A stretch of 64,000 nucleotides of DNA from Podarcis tiliguerta (Eukaryota), in NCBI GenBank assembly GCA_965153285.1, contig OZ229113.1; one strand, given 5' to 3'. Positions 49,901 through 62,110 of this stretch are shown here, in pieces; the stretch's first letter is position 1; every line of letters starts with the position of its first letter. The position numbers and the translations under genes are program-made. The notes beneath the pieces are model-generated. The model ran no database searches. It was given only the letters and a program-made list of their open reading frames with translations, and was not told where the DNA came from.

Positions 49901-52900
49901 AGATATAACAACAAAACAATCCTTGGCCACTTAAAAGCCTAAGCATCTGTAATACTCATGTTCAGCATACAGTATTCAGTATTCCCTCCGCTGTAACTGA
50001 TGTAACCCCTTAAAATGTCTTTGCATGCAAGCTTTTCCCACATCCAGTTTAATCTTTAGTGCCAAACCTGAGATAAAGTGGAGTAGCAGGCCTTTGCCAA
50101 TATCCCACCTTGGACCACTTAGTCTGGCTAGGTCTAACTCGGTATGTGTTATCTGCTGATATGATGCACTGGGGATCAATCTAATATTGGGAGCACAGAT
50201 ACACCCTAAGGAGGGAATTACAGACTTGGGCCCAACCCCTGATATGCTAACTGCTTCATGTAACCTACTTCTGTGTCATCATGTCCTAGGTAAGATCTAT
50301 TAAGAGAAAGTCAGTCGATTAAATAATTATACGAGCTACTTTGGAGATTTTCATAAGCAACAACAGCAAGAAAGAGCTTATCTATTTTGCCAGTGTAATA
50401 GGCAACAATTTTTTTTGGGATGGAGAGAAAGATAAAAAGGAAATGTTAAACAATTAAGCCAAAAGACAAAAAATGTGACATTTGAGGAGGGAGTTGAAGG
50501 AAGACACACAGTTTCCTCTCTTGCCAGAGCTGTCTTGGCCATTTTCCGATTTGCAACAAGAGCTACTCTGCTGAATAGTTGCTAGCACAGAAATGGTGAA
50601 CATGTGGCCTTCCATACATTGCTTGACTACAACTCCCATCATCCCTGGGCATGGGGTATTCTGGCTTGGGCTAATGGGAGCTGGAGCCCATCAGCACCTG
50701 GGCTGCCACACTGCTCTACTTCAGCACAGCTTCTCTCACAGACCTGCATGAATCAACTTGGATGACTAAAGAAAACAGGCTTGTTCCTAACAAAGGCACA
50801 GCGTACCTGTTCTGCAAAAATGTTGTCAAAAAGGAGAAAGAAGTCCGCCCCGTTCTTGCTGTCAAGGCCCATCTTCTCTTTAATGGTCTTCAGATCCTCC
50901 GCAATTCCTGGCTGCAGAAGAAGCACATTGGCCAGCCTCTCTCTGTCGAGGAAAAACGAAAGCTTCAGAATAATGCATAAATGGTAATCTGCACAAGCTA
51001 CTGTGCTTGGATCCCCCTGCTTGTTAGAAGGGGAAAAGGAGTGCAGGGCTGTTTGGCTTGAAATGATTGCTTGAGCAATAGACAACTAAATGCATCAGAA
51101 TTAGTTACAAAAAAGCAAGAGGTCTTAAGCACGTGAAAATAATTTTTCCTTAGTTGACTCGGATCTTTTTCAGGGCAAATAGCTAAATAGCTCTTGCCTC
51201 ACTAGGGAAGATGTTAATGACCAATGGCGCCCCAGATGTTGCTGGATCCTACCTCCCATCAGCCAGCATGGCCCAGGAGTGATGGAATTTGAGAGCCCAG
51301 CAATATCTGGAAGGGACCACAGGTTAGCTGCACCATTGTACAAGAGTAGCCTATGGACAGGGGCACCAAGGTGTGTGTGTGTGGGGGGGGGGGTGCCGGC
51401 CATGGGCCAGGGCCATGGGGCATGCTTGCATCATGTGTGCATGCCACACTGATGTTGCACGGTCCCAGGCCCCTTGAATTGCAGGGACAAAGTGGCATGC
51501 TTGCCTACAGCCACCTTTGAAAATTCCTAATTTTGCCACAGCTTCCCTGAAAAGGAAACCGATGCAGTTCTTAAAAGAGAAGCAGAATTGCATATGGGGT
51601 TGTTTTAGAATATAGTGATTATAATAGCATCGTATTGGCTCTGCCAGGAGTTAGGGAATTGGCGTTCACTCTCTGTCCCACGGGCTTTTGACACAAGCAT
51701 GATCATACTTGCTTTTATTTGAGCTGACTGGGCACCAGTTACGCAGTTCACCGAATCACTAGAATTGTCAAGCAGCATATTAGAGAGCCCTTTCCCATCA
51801 TAATCCCAGAGGAGCCTACAGCAAGCACATTAGCCGCTCCAGAAAATGCAACTGGTCGCTACAGTATAAGTTTGGGGAAACAAATGCTATCATCTGAGCC
51901 GTTTAAATAGTCAAGCTGTGAGACACAGAAGTATGGTAGGCTACTTCATAAGTTTTCAATCCAACTGCTTGCTTTTTTTTAATTGTTTGAAAATAGTTTA
52001 TTCACAACATAGTTGGACAACTGCTCTAACATACAATAAGAGCATGATTTGCTTTGGCTATTTTGTTCTCGTCTCGCAGTCTTACACGTCAGCAGCTTTT
52101 AGGCTATGGCTAGATCTCACACAGTCATTCCCTAAGGAGACTTTTGCAATGGCATAAAAGGTGCAGGGAAAGAGGCAAGTTAAGAATGGCAAGCCTGGGC
52201 TTGCTTCACAGAGGAACACTGGAACTGTTCTGTGAGGGATGCAACAAGCCAACCGCCCCAGGAAGTCAGAAGGTGTCTTTCAGGTTCAAGCGTGTATGAA
52301 GGCTCAAACTGAAGCATGTGAAAATGTGCAGCTCCCCAGCCCAGCAAACCTTTGCATGTTGACTGCACAAGTTCTTGATAAAGATGATTCTGAATGCAGC
52401 TCAATCCTTCTTGCAAAAGGAAGAGCAGGGGTGGCTAAGCTATGCTCCTCTGCCCAGTTTGAACACTTCTCACATGTTCTTTTAAATGCTTGAACAGGTC
52501 CAGAACTGTTCACAGGGTTTAGGGGAGCTCATTGCTTTTGGCAATCAACTGATGTCATGCATATAATGTAGGCCAAGGTCTTCTGAAAGGCCTTGCTGCA
52601 ATAACTACTGCACCTTCTGTCTGCACAGTGGCACCAGACAGAATGTTTGTGGCAAGGTACCTGTTCATGACTTTCAGTCCATGGCAGTTCACTGGGTTGG
52701 GATAAAGGATTTCAGAGTCTGCGTCATCTGTAACTATGGTAATGGGTCCTGTACAAGACAAAAAAACATTGAATGCACTTGCAATTCATGGTTTAAAGTT
52801 TCGGGCTGTTAAGAATTAATTCAAACACATCTTGTACTGATTTAAAATAGTTTATAATCCTAGGACAGTCTCTTACCCATCTCGACCCTCATTTGTGCAA

Positions 52901-55900
52901 AGCTCATTAGGGAACTTCCCCTGCACTTGGGAGCATACAAGTCTATGCTCCCAATTACATTTGCGCTTCAAGCAAACATTAAATCATGCCTGCAAACTAA
53001 TAAGGCAAGAGCCCACTGTGCTAAATGCTCAGCAAAGCACACTTATTAACACATGCCTTCAGATACTTGTTGGTGATATATTCTGCTCTTACACAGAACG
53101 ACTTACACCACATGATTCTCTTACTTGTAAATTAATTTACACCACAGCATGCCATTATCTTAATCAAAGCAGTTTGTAACAGCCACCGTTATAAACATTG
53201 GGGTTTACAAAACCAGAAGTAAGTGCAGCGCTTTTCCCTTCCTAATCATTTCCCAATAATCAGGTTTAACACATTAAGAGTTTCTGCAAGAAATAGTAGT
53301 TTATGCACAAATGTTTTGGTAGCAGAACTTCGCAATTTACTTAATCCTAGTATCAAAACTTTTGAGATTTAACTTGTCTGTTCCATTCTTCTTCCTGGTC
53401 TCTGTGCAGCTCCACATATAAGTTTGGTGCCTGCTCAGAGCAGCGTTTGAGAGCCGGGTCGGTTATCTGTGGCTCTCTGGATGTGGTTGGGAACTCTAGC
53501 TCCCATCCGCTCCAGCCAGCATGGGCAATGGCCAGGGATGGTGGGAGTTTTAGTCCAGCAACATCAAGAGGACCCAAGTTACCCATCTTTCTCTAAAGCT
53601 GGGCAACTAAAGGTTTTGAATAGAGGCTCATTCCCAACCCTCAAGGTGCATGGCACAAGCAGTATGGCCATTGCCTTCCCATTTAAGTTTTGTTCTGGCT
53701 GCCAGTTTGTAGTATCATTTCGAACCTTCTCCTTAGGAACGTAAGAAGAGCCTGCTGGATTAGCTAAGGGCCCACCTTGTCCACAATGGCTGACCAGTTG
53801 CCTATGGAAAACCCTCAGGCGGGACCTGAGTGCAACAGTGCTCTGATCACCTGCGATTCCAAGCAAATGGGACTAATAGCTGGGTCAGCCTTCCCCAATG
53901 TGCTCCCCCCCCCCAATGTTTTGAACCACAACTCTGATCATGGGAGTTGGGAGGAAGATGGAACTAGCCAATTTCCTTTTCTGCCCCCCTTCTCCTTCTC
54001 ATTTTTTCTCCCTGCTTTGTCTCTTTTTTTGTTCTGTAAATTTTGCATTTATTTATTTCGATAATATTAATAATACACCACCCCATGCCCAGAGGTCTCA
54101 GGGTGGTTTAACAGAATAAAGTCAAAATATAAAACCACAAAATACATAATCAAAATAAAGAACAACAACCCAATACCCCCCCCAAAAGAACACATTTTAA
54201 AAGGGCATAGAATGCCAATCAAAGGCCTGGTTAAAAAGGAACGTTTTTGCCTGGTGTTTAATGAAGGCGCCAGATGAACTTCCCTGGGGAGAGCATTCCA
54301 CAGACAGGGAGCCACTGCAGAGAAGGCCCATTCTCGTGTTGCCACCCTCCGGACCTCTCAGGGAGGAGGCACATGAAGGAGAGTCTCAGAAGATGATCTG
54401 AGAGACTAGGTAGGTTCATATGGAAAGAGGCGGTCCTTGAGGTATTGTGGTCCTGAACTGTTTTAAGGCTTTATAGGTCAAAACCAGGACTTTGTATTGG
54501 GGCCAGAAACGAATTGGTAGGCCAGTGCAGTCAGACTAGGATCGGTGTAATATGCTCAGACTGTCTTGCTCCAGTGATCAACCTGGCTGCTGAATTTTCC
54601 ATCTCCTTCAGTTTTCAAGGGTAGTAGGGTGCAATGGGCAATGGGCATGATGCAAGTTGTGCTGACTACGGGGGTCAAGCTCTCTGCTGTATCAGAAACT
54701 TATGATTGATGTTTGCCCTGCCTGGGTAAAGGGAGGCATGTAGACAATACCTACATACATTAACAAAGGTCTGTGAAGCAGGCATGCAGCAAGAGGTATA
54801 CTTGTGGGAGCAGCAGGGGTCTGGGCCCTTCTGAGGCCAGCTCTGCAACATGCTACTAGCTCCTGGGCCAGATGCAGTTGCCACGGTGAGCTCACCTACT
54901 GAAAACGTTCCCAAAATGATGGAGTGCATGAGCTGCACCCAGTTGCATGACTGTATAAATAAAAGCCCACCAACACCACAAACCTTGCAAACTACATCCT
55001 CTACCCTAGGAGTTGCAACAAGGGAGCCAACATAGCACTCCTTTTCTGAGTAGTCACCAGTTCCTTCTAAACGTGAAATTCCTCATTTAGAGTGCAAGTG
55101 TAGCCTATCGGAATCCACTAGGGCAGTGTTTCTCAGGCTCAGGTCCCCAGCTGTTGTTAGACTACAACCCCCATCATTCCTGGCCATTGGTCCTGCTAGA
55201 TAGGGATGGTGGGAGTTGTAGTCCAACAACAGCTGGGGACCCAAGTCTGAGAAACACTGCACTAGGGTATGGCATAGTAGACAGTGATAAACAGAAGAGC
55301 CAGAAAGAGAACAGTGGTGTAAAGGGCAATGATCTCTGTTAGGAGAGAGACTCCAAGGCAGGACTGCGAACAGAGGAGCAAGGAGCTCCCCTTCATTGCT
55401 GACCTTCTTTCTGCTGTTGGAACAGCCCAGCTAGCAAACACCGCGTGGACTCCAGATTCCGAACAATGTTAGTGGAACGGACACTGAAAGACAGAAGGCA
55501 GCCAATGAAATGGGAGCACAGTGGGCTGCTCCCTGTACAAACTGACACGGGGTGGGACTTGAGGGGTTTCAGCACTCTGAGCCACCAATATGGCAGTACC
55601 AAGCACTGCTATCTGTTCTAGCTGGAGATTCTTAACATCAAACTGAACACAGTGGTGTGAGGGAGAAAGCAAGCGAGGACTTTGGATGAAACTTTGCTAA
55701 GGCTTATGATGCCGTGTGGGCTGGGAGGGAGCGGAACAGTCAGCAGGAAGAGCAAGAAAGCCATTAGGAAGGAAACTGGAGTGTTCAGAGACTCACAAGA
55801 CCTCAGAAGGTTTGAATGCTGGCGAGAGGAAATGGGTCTCCTCAATGTAACGTCTCCTTAGCCGTTTCCCCAGTGCAAACGTCTGCTGCATTCCTACTTT

Positions 55901-56580
55901 GGTCAGCTGGCCTGCATTCACTCCGCCCTGGGAAGAGAAAAGCTCTGTTGAATGGCTGAAAAAATAAACGGAGATGCAACATTTCCAAAGGAATGCATGT
56001 TGGGTTACCTTCAGCACTGTTTTTTTGTAGCTTTCTTCAAAAGGAGAATAAGGTCTTGGCCCACCAGCCAGGTTCGTTACCGTGTAGTCAAACTTTGTTT
56101 CGGCAGGCGTCTCCAAAAGAGCAGGGTCCCATGCCACCTGTTCCAAAAACAAGGATGAAGGAAAAGAAAAAGCATTTGAGTAGGCAACTGGGACCTTCAA
56201 GTAGCTAGAAGAGGTTGACAACCCACTACTGTGGAAAGTCAAATTTATTTCAGTGGGCTTAGAGGCATGGCAAACTCTGCAAGCTTGGTGCTAAAACATC
56301 TCATTCAACGCTCAGGCTGTACTGCTGCAAGAGGAGCGGGCAGTGACACATTTCACAATCTTCTTACTCCAGGATTTTGAAATATACAAAAACATCAATG
56401 TAGCCATACTTTCTGGGTGTGCCCATGAAAGCTCTAATGTCTTGAAAAAGAAAAAGTGGCTGCAGCCTCAGCAATGTTTTTACAATGACAGTGTTTGGAG
56501 AAGCAGTCAGAGCATGGCAAGGCCTTCTTGGCTGACTCTGTTTTGTGTGTGTAATAGGAGGAGGAGGAGGAGGAGGAGCA

Positions 56581-56620
<40 letters not shown>

Positions 56621-59600
56621 ATAGCTTGTTCCTGTGCGTCATTCTTAGACTTAGACTTTGTGGAGGAGCAGGAGTGGGGTTAGCCTGTGAGGAGTTTTGG
56701 GTTTGCTTTGGGGATGACTCAGAAACCATAATGCAAAGTATGGTATTGGGGGTGGGGGTGCAGATGGGCTTGTGGACTGGAGTCTCCGTGTCCTCACCTG
56801 TGTCTCCATCCCTTCTTTTTACCCCCTCCCACTCTGTGTGTCTTTGTCTGTTGTTCTCCTGCCTTGTGCTCGCTCTCCCTTTGTTCGGCTTCATAAGAAC
56901 TGTGTTTCAATTTAATTTACTGGGTAAGCACACCCCTAATGAAATGTGCTGCACATGCCTTATGGACACCAACATCAGGAAGTCTTGCGAAAATGGATCT
57001 CTGCAGAACTATATTCAACTCTTTTGCTGGTTAAAAGTTCAACAGAGGATTGCTTGCAATTCTTTTAGTCAGGGTTACAAATACAGAGAACCAAGTCATG
57101 GTCCTTGTTCAGTGCCTCAATTATAGCATCACCTATGGCAGGTGTTCCCACCCTGCTCAACTGATTTGTGGAGGACAAGGCTATCAATAGCCACCAGCTA
57201 TGGAGGCTATGTTCTACCTCCACTGTCCGAAACAAAATACCTCTGAAGACCAGTTATGTGTGATGAGAGCACTGTTGTACTCAGGTTCTGCTTATGGTAC
57301 TCCCATGCACATCTGGCTGGCCACTGTGAGAACAGAGTGCTAGACTAGATGGGCTTCATCCAGCAGGGCTCTTAAGTTATTAAACAGCTGGTCCTAAGAG
57401 GAAAAGCTGGTAGGCTGGGTGGAGGGCTCCCAATCCTTGCCCTATTCCAAGCACTTGCCTTTGGAAACACTGCAACACAGAAAATACATATGAGGCTTGC
57501 ACATATCTGGAATGTTTAAAATATCAGGGTTTCTTTGTATTCATCCTAAGAAGCATATCTTGCCATCAATAGTTCTTGGCCACTTCCCCAGAAATTCCAC
57601 TTTAAAGTGTATGAGTTTAGGAACTTTAAAAAGAGCAATCTCAATTTCTTCACAACTGCACTTCCTACTGATCTAGGTGGTAAATCTGCCAAATCTGTTC
57701 ATCACCCGAAGTTATCACAAGTTGCTAGGTAGAGCCAAGAGAGGAACATGGTGCATAAGGAAAAATAAACACAACCATTAATTCTATTCCTGCTACAAAA
57801 TCAAGAGGAAATGCAGGTGTTGGGTAAGTAGTTCATAAACTGGGTAAGTAGAAGTTGCAATGCCTTCTCTCATCACCTGTTTATGAAAGACAGTGACACA
57901 GACAAACTTTGATCTGGTTGAACCAGAGTGAAAAATTTCCAAATCTGACTATACTGCTGCTCTGAGCCTGGCTTTGGCTGGGGAGGGCGGGCGGGATATA
58001 AACAGCAACAACAGCAACAGCAGCAACAACAACAACAACAGGCTGATTGGTGTTCACTGCTATCCTGCACTAATGCAAATGCATGTTTATGCATGCATCT
58101 CCTGAAGTAAAAAGGCAAAGAGGCAAGCACCCCAATCAAATTATTTATAGTACTTGGTTAGTTAGCCTATGGGTTGGTAACATTCGAGATAGGAGGAGAT
58201 GCACAAAACAAGGCTATAGAGAATTAGCACTATAAATGAATCACTATTCTCACTCAACAGTCACATAACATACAATTTTGAATATCGCAGGAGTTGTATT
58301 CCAACTTCCTTCAGCATGGCCAGTGATCAGGGATGATGATGGGAATTGTTGTCCAGCAATGTCTGCAGGACTGCACACTCCCCATCTCTGGCATACAGTT
58401 GCACTTACACCTTCCAGCACTCACAATTTGGGGCTGCAGCACCCAGCTGGTAATGAAGGAAGCGTCTCATTGCTGACAGGCAGCAGAGCAGCCCAAGCTA
58501 GCACACCCCACCAGTATGAATGGCAGGCATTATGCAAGTGACCACAATAGAGTTGACCTCACATGGAGCTCACTCCCTTAGCTCTGCAGCAGCCCACATT
58601 TTAACATAATTCCCACGTTTGTTTCCATGTTCTCTATGCCAAGGCACTCTGGGGCAAATATCCACTTTATCAGATTGTGGTTTGGCGGTATAAAGGTGTC
58701 TTATTGCTGTACCTTCTGTACTTTGGCCTGCGTTCCGCTTGGTGGCTACTGGCACTGAGCAAAGCCAAATTTTCCACCTATGCTTCCTTCACCTGCTGCC
58801 TCGTGAAAATGCCCACACTGACAGCCCTGAGCTAGTAAGCTCAGCAACCTCTGCTGCTGCTCGGACCACTTCCGCCTCCTCCAACCTGCTCCTGATGTGC
58901 CAAATGGCTTTTTAGGTCAGCTGGGGGAAAAAATGCAGCACCTTCTTTAGGAATTGATTGCTGTTAGCACCAGGAATTTCCAAGCCCAGGGCATCATTGG
59001 CTCCACTAGTATTTCTGCATGAACATGCCTGATAATTATTTGGCAAGCTGCTGCTTTTCATCCCAATTTACAGCACTGGGTTATACATACATTTCTTAAA
59101 ATCACAGGTGCATAAAACCTGGTAGGGTTGTTACAAAGATTAGTGAGACAATGTAGCAGAGATACTTTTAACACTTAAGGACACAATATTAACATGTTCT
59201 TTTAACCCCCCCTTTTTTTTACCACTATCACAACCAGGCACCCCCAACTAGCTGTTTCCCCCCAGTTTGATCTTGGCTGAGGCTTGCCTGTGTTGCCCAG
59301 ATCCAGGGGCAGCATCAGGGGGGCGGTACCAGTGGGCTCCACTCAAAGCCCCACTTGCTGAGCCTCCTGGCCCTGCTGGACCTCCTTTTGTCATTGCCCA
59401 CCTGCCCTCTCAGGAATAGGAAAGTTGCAAAGCATCAGCTGTGCATGCAGGAAGTCCCAAGTTCAGCCCTGGGCGTTTCCAGGTAGGACTGGGGGAAACT
59501 CCTGCCTGAAGCATAGCCAGTGTGGACAACGGATCAGCGGTCTGACTCTGTAGATCTTCCTAGCCAGCAAACAGCGAGGAGAGCAAAAGGGACCCTCACC

Positions 59601-60434
59601 TTGTGCTTCCCACTTGGGTGGTTGTGTGGATGGGTGCGTGTGTGCGCACGCATGCAAGTGAACAGACAGTGTGTGTGTGTGTGCTGGGGTGCTGTCTTGA
59701 ATAAAAAATGGGGGGGCAGGTGACCCCCAACCCCATATAATTGATCACAAGGCACTGCAGGCACACATACTATTTGAATCACAATGCCCATCAACTTGGG
59801 GGGGCAGCCACCTCAAATATTTTATTGGGGGGGGTGTCAAATAATATTTTACTTACCTAGGAGATGGCACCTATGGTGGGGGGCAAGAAGCCAAGAGGGG
59901 TCGAACCAACCCAGGGAGGGGTATATTGCTGAATGTCGCCCCCCCCCCAAGCTGATGCTTCCCCCATGGCCCTTGTTTTTGGGAAGGGCCAGAGGGAAAG
60001 GGAAGAGGCATGTATGCATTGACTGCATCATTTCTGCCTGGGGTTCAAGGCGGCATAGATGGTTTCCCCTCTCCCCATTTCATCCCGACGACGACACTGG
60101 GAGGCAGGTTCGGCTGGACGGCAGACACTGCCTGGCCCAAGGGTACCCGCTGGTGGCCGAGCGGGACGGCGAGCCCTGCTCTGCCAGCTGCGTCCCTCTC
60201 CTTCCAACCCCGGGCGGGAGGCCCCCTCACCTGCTCCACATCGGGGATGGGTCTCAGCGGAGTGCGGGCGCCGTGCCGGAAAAGAACCTGCACCAGCCTG
60301 AGCTCCAGCGGGTCGTCGTCGTCGCCGCTTCCGCGCGGCGCTTTGCTCCTCCTGGGCTCGGCCAGGGCTCTCCTCTTGCTCGCTACGCAGTACGCCAGGG
60401 TGCCCAAGATGCCCACGCGAGCCCACAAACTCAT
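46837..60434 (-). CDS. ACP6: Lysophosphatidic acid phosphatase type 6 (histidine acid phosphatase), spliced CDS: complement(join(46837-46950,47379-47538,47990-48085,48348-48448,50807-50942,52661-52748,55404-55483,55797-55927,56009-56137,60231-60434)), 1239 nt = 412 aa
   Basis: RHGARTP phosphohistidine motif in exon 1, GQLTKVG, RSTN..RN..S, and the catalytic HD (AIHDVT) in exon 9. Ten GT-AG exons join in frame. Convergent with BCL9. Confidence 0.96.
47379..47538 (-). CDS. ACP6: ACP6 exon 9 (HD catalytic motif)
   Basis: Hand translation [53 protein letters not shown]; 160 nt. Confidence 0.95.
47990..48085 (-). CDS. ACP6: ACP6 exon 8
   Basis: [31 protein letters not shown]; donor gtatgt; 96 nt. 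Confidence 0.92.
48348..48448 (-). CDS. ACP6: ACP6 exon 7
   Basis: Hand translation [33 protein letters not shown]; ttttag acceptor, gtgagc donor; 101 nt. Confidence 0.93.
48965..49321. mobile_element. Tc1/mariner-superfamily (Tc2/pogo-like) non-autonomous element
   Basis: TIRs CCGTATATGCTCGTGTATAAGCCGAC / CCGTATATACTTGAGTATAAGCCAAC (22/26 identical), TA duplication on both sides. Confidence 0.85.
49368..49510 (+). mobile_element. tRNA-derived SINE with CR1-type tail (POM/Squam2-like)
   Basis: B box GGTTCGAGCCC at 49410-49420; tail ccccttttccaac...ATTCTATGA. Confidence 0.8.
50588..50715. mobile_element. hAT-type palindromic MITE
   Basis: actacaactcccatcatccctg core and inverted arm. Confidence 0.7.
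50807..50942 (-). CDS. ACP6: ACP6 exon 6
   Basis: [45 protein letters not shown]; 136 nt. Confidence 0.93.
51205..51335. mobile_element. hAT-type palindromic MITE
   Basis: ccagatgttgctgg...tcccatcagccagcatgg...tctggaagggaccacagg. Confidence 0.65.
52661..52748 (-). CDS. ACP6: ACP6 exon 5
   Basis: [30 protein letters not shown]; 88 nt. Confidence 0.93.
53454..53592. mobile_element. hAT-type palindromic MITE
   Basis: Same family core (ggatggtgggagttttagtcc). Confidence 0.65.
53735..53870 (-). mobile_element. CR1 3' UTR fragment
   Basis: aacgtaagaagagcctgctggat is the reverse complement of the CR1 tail at ~2500-2530. Confidence 0.7.
54047..54600 (-). mobile_element. L2 LINE 3' fragment
   Basis: [27 protein letters not shown]2 terminus and (TAAA)n-type tail. 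Confidence 0.85.
55124..55259. mobile_element. Young hAT MITE, 136 bp, near-perfect hairpin
   Basis: CAGTGTTTCTCA...TGAGAAACACTG TIRs and a perfect 8-bp TSD CACTAGGG (55116-55123 and 55260-55267). Confidence 0.93.
55404..55483 (-). CDS. ACP6: ACP6 exon 4
   Basis: [26 protein letters not shown]; 80 nt. Confidence 0.95.
55797..55927 (-). CDS. ACP6: ACP6 exon 3
   Basis: [43 protein letters not shown]; donor gtgagt. Confidence 0.95.
56009..56137 (-). CDS. ACP6: ACP6 exon 2
   Basis: [43 protein letters not shown]; 129 nt; cag|...|gtaacc. Confidence 0.95.
56556..56619. repeat. Compound (AGG)n(AGC)n trinucleotide repeat in ACP6 intron 1
   Basis: Direct reading. Confidence 0.95.
57170..57378 (+). 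mobile_element. CR1 3' UTR fragment
   Basis: ggaggacaaggctatcaat...ggccactgtgagaacag...ccagcagggctctt, homologous to 2310-2530. Confidence 0.8.
58002..58041. repeat. (CAG/CAA)n imperfect repeat
   Basis: Direct reading. Confidence 0.85.
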
Positions 60435-60960
60435 GCTGACGGAGCGAGGCAGGTGGCGCGGGACCCTCGCAGCGAGTCCGAGAGCGGAGCAGCTCGCCGC
60501 TTGCGCAGCTGCCGGCAGAGTTGCGAAAGCAAAAGTTGCTGCTGCTGCTGCTGTTGCCTCACGGGAAACCCGCCTTCCTCTTCCAGCGCTGGCGCGAGGA
60601 AATGCCGAGGCTCGCGGAACAGAGACCTCCTCCCTCCTCCCCTTTTTCAGCAACGCCGCCCGGGTGCAGCTGCTCGCCGGCAGGAGATTCGGCGCCACCC
60701 CCAGGAGGACCCTGGGAAATGCGGTTTCTTCAGCCGGGCGCCTGCCCCGACCAGGAGCCACCAGAAGACTACATCTCCCAGCGGGCGTCGGGGCGCTCTT
60801 TCCCAGCCGGTCACGTGTATGGCGTGGGAGTTCCCACGGCCGGGCTTGTGAGCATGTTTCAGCCGGCGAAGTGGGAGGACAGCTTTGCCTGCGGGCTTAA
60901 TCCGCCCTCTGGTTGGTCTCTGCAGCAAACGTGAGAGGCAGTGGGATCTGAGAGATGTCT
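60040..60960 (-). promoter_or_regulatory. CpG island / ACP6 promoter and exon 1
   Basis: High CpG density; ACTACATCTCCCAG (60768-60781), GTCACGTG E-box (60810-60817), CTCF-like site at ~60902-60918. Confidence 0.85.
60231..60434 (-). CDS. ACP6: ACP6 exon 1 (coding part)
   Basis: [16 protein letters not shown]...[22 protein letters not shown]; donor CAG|gtgagg. Confidence 0.93.
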
Positions 60961-61017
60961 CGCTTCTCTCCCCAGGACCATTCACTGAACCCATATGGGC
61001 GATCTTGTTGTATTCGT

Positions 61018-61180
61018 CTTAGAATCATAGAATCATAGAGTTGGAAGAGACCACAAGGGCCATCCCCCTGCCTAGCAGGAAACACCATCAGAGCACTCCT
61101 GACATATGGTTGTCAAGCCTCTGCTTAAAGACCTCCAAAGAAGGAGACTCCACCACACTCCTTGGCAGCAAATTCCATAA
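61018..61180 (-). mobile_element. CR1 3' end with (ATTCTATG)n tail
   Basis: agaatcatagaatcatagagttggaagagaccacaagggccatc. Confidence 0.85.
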
Positions 61181-61827
61181 AGTCTTATTTATGCTCTCCC
61201 ATCTTGCTGGGTTTTGCAGTGTGTTCAGTTTTCAAATTATTAGTGAATGCGTAGGGCACTTTATTCTGCTTTGTCCAGTTAGCTGCCATTCCTTGTCTCT
61301 GGGAAGTTCTGAACACTTTCAGCCGAATCCCATGTATGTAAGTCCAAATTTGTTCAGTGGAATTTACTTGCATAAACCTTTTCCCAATGATGGGGAGGGG
61401 GAGGAAATGCATACTGGATTCGCAAAACATTTGTACGTGCTTTTCATAAATACAGATTTATAAAGAATTTCTTTAAATAGGAAAACAGGACATTTCACCA
61501 CAGTGTGGAAGACTATGAGCAACCAGCTGTGCAGGTGCTAACTGTTGATGAGCAACTTCCAAAGTCCCTGCTTTCCATTCTTAAGGTTATTGTGCAGATC
61601 GAAACTGACTTGTTCTCAGTGGCTCTAACTGAGATGTATGGGTCAACCTGTATAGGATGCCACTGAGAGGGTGGTGAGTCGTAGGACCTATTCCAGATGC
61701 TGGGATCACCAGAGGCAAGGGTTTCTGCAATATACATGCCTGCCCATCATAATATGAGCATTTCAGGAACAATGCTGGCTTCTCACTTGATTATACTGGC
61801 ATAGGCACACACACCTGGCGGATACAG

Positions 61828-61953
61828 TATACTTCTGAATACCAGTTGCTGGAAACCACAGGAGATGAGAGTGCTGCTGTGCTCAGATCCTGCTTGTGGG
61901 CTTCCCATAGGCATCTGGTTGGCCTGATCCAGAAGGCCTCTTCTTCTGTTCTT
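61828..61953 (+). mobile_element. CR1 3' UTR fragment
   Basis: ttctgaataccagttgctgg...ggcttcccataggcatctggttggc. Confidence 0.75.
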
Positions 61954-62110
61954 CTGCATGCATTCAGCATGATCTAAGCTCTTGTCAAGTCAGAGGAATG
62001 TGTCGGTACAACCATTCATACTCACACACCATATATATTGCTCCATGACACTCTGACTTGCCAGGGGCTTTTCACGAATCACTGGGTGAGTGGCACGGCA
62101 TGGGTGTGGG

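Noticed and set aside
56364-57126. Poly-Ala/Gly/Ser ORFs of 176 and 193 aa
   Set aside because: Generated by the (AGG)n(AGC)n microsatellite; no splice or homology support.
59784-60934. 355-aa and 296-aa plus-strand ORFs, and the 109-codon open frame upstream of the ACP6 ATG
   Set aside because: CpG-island or antisense shadows of ACP6 exon 1. The upstream frame has no ATG and likely extends past the transcription start.
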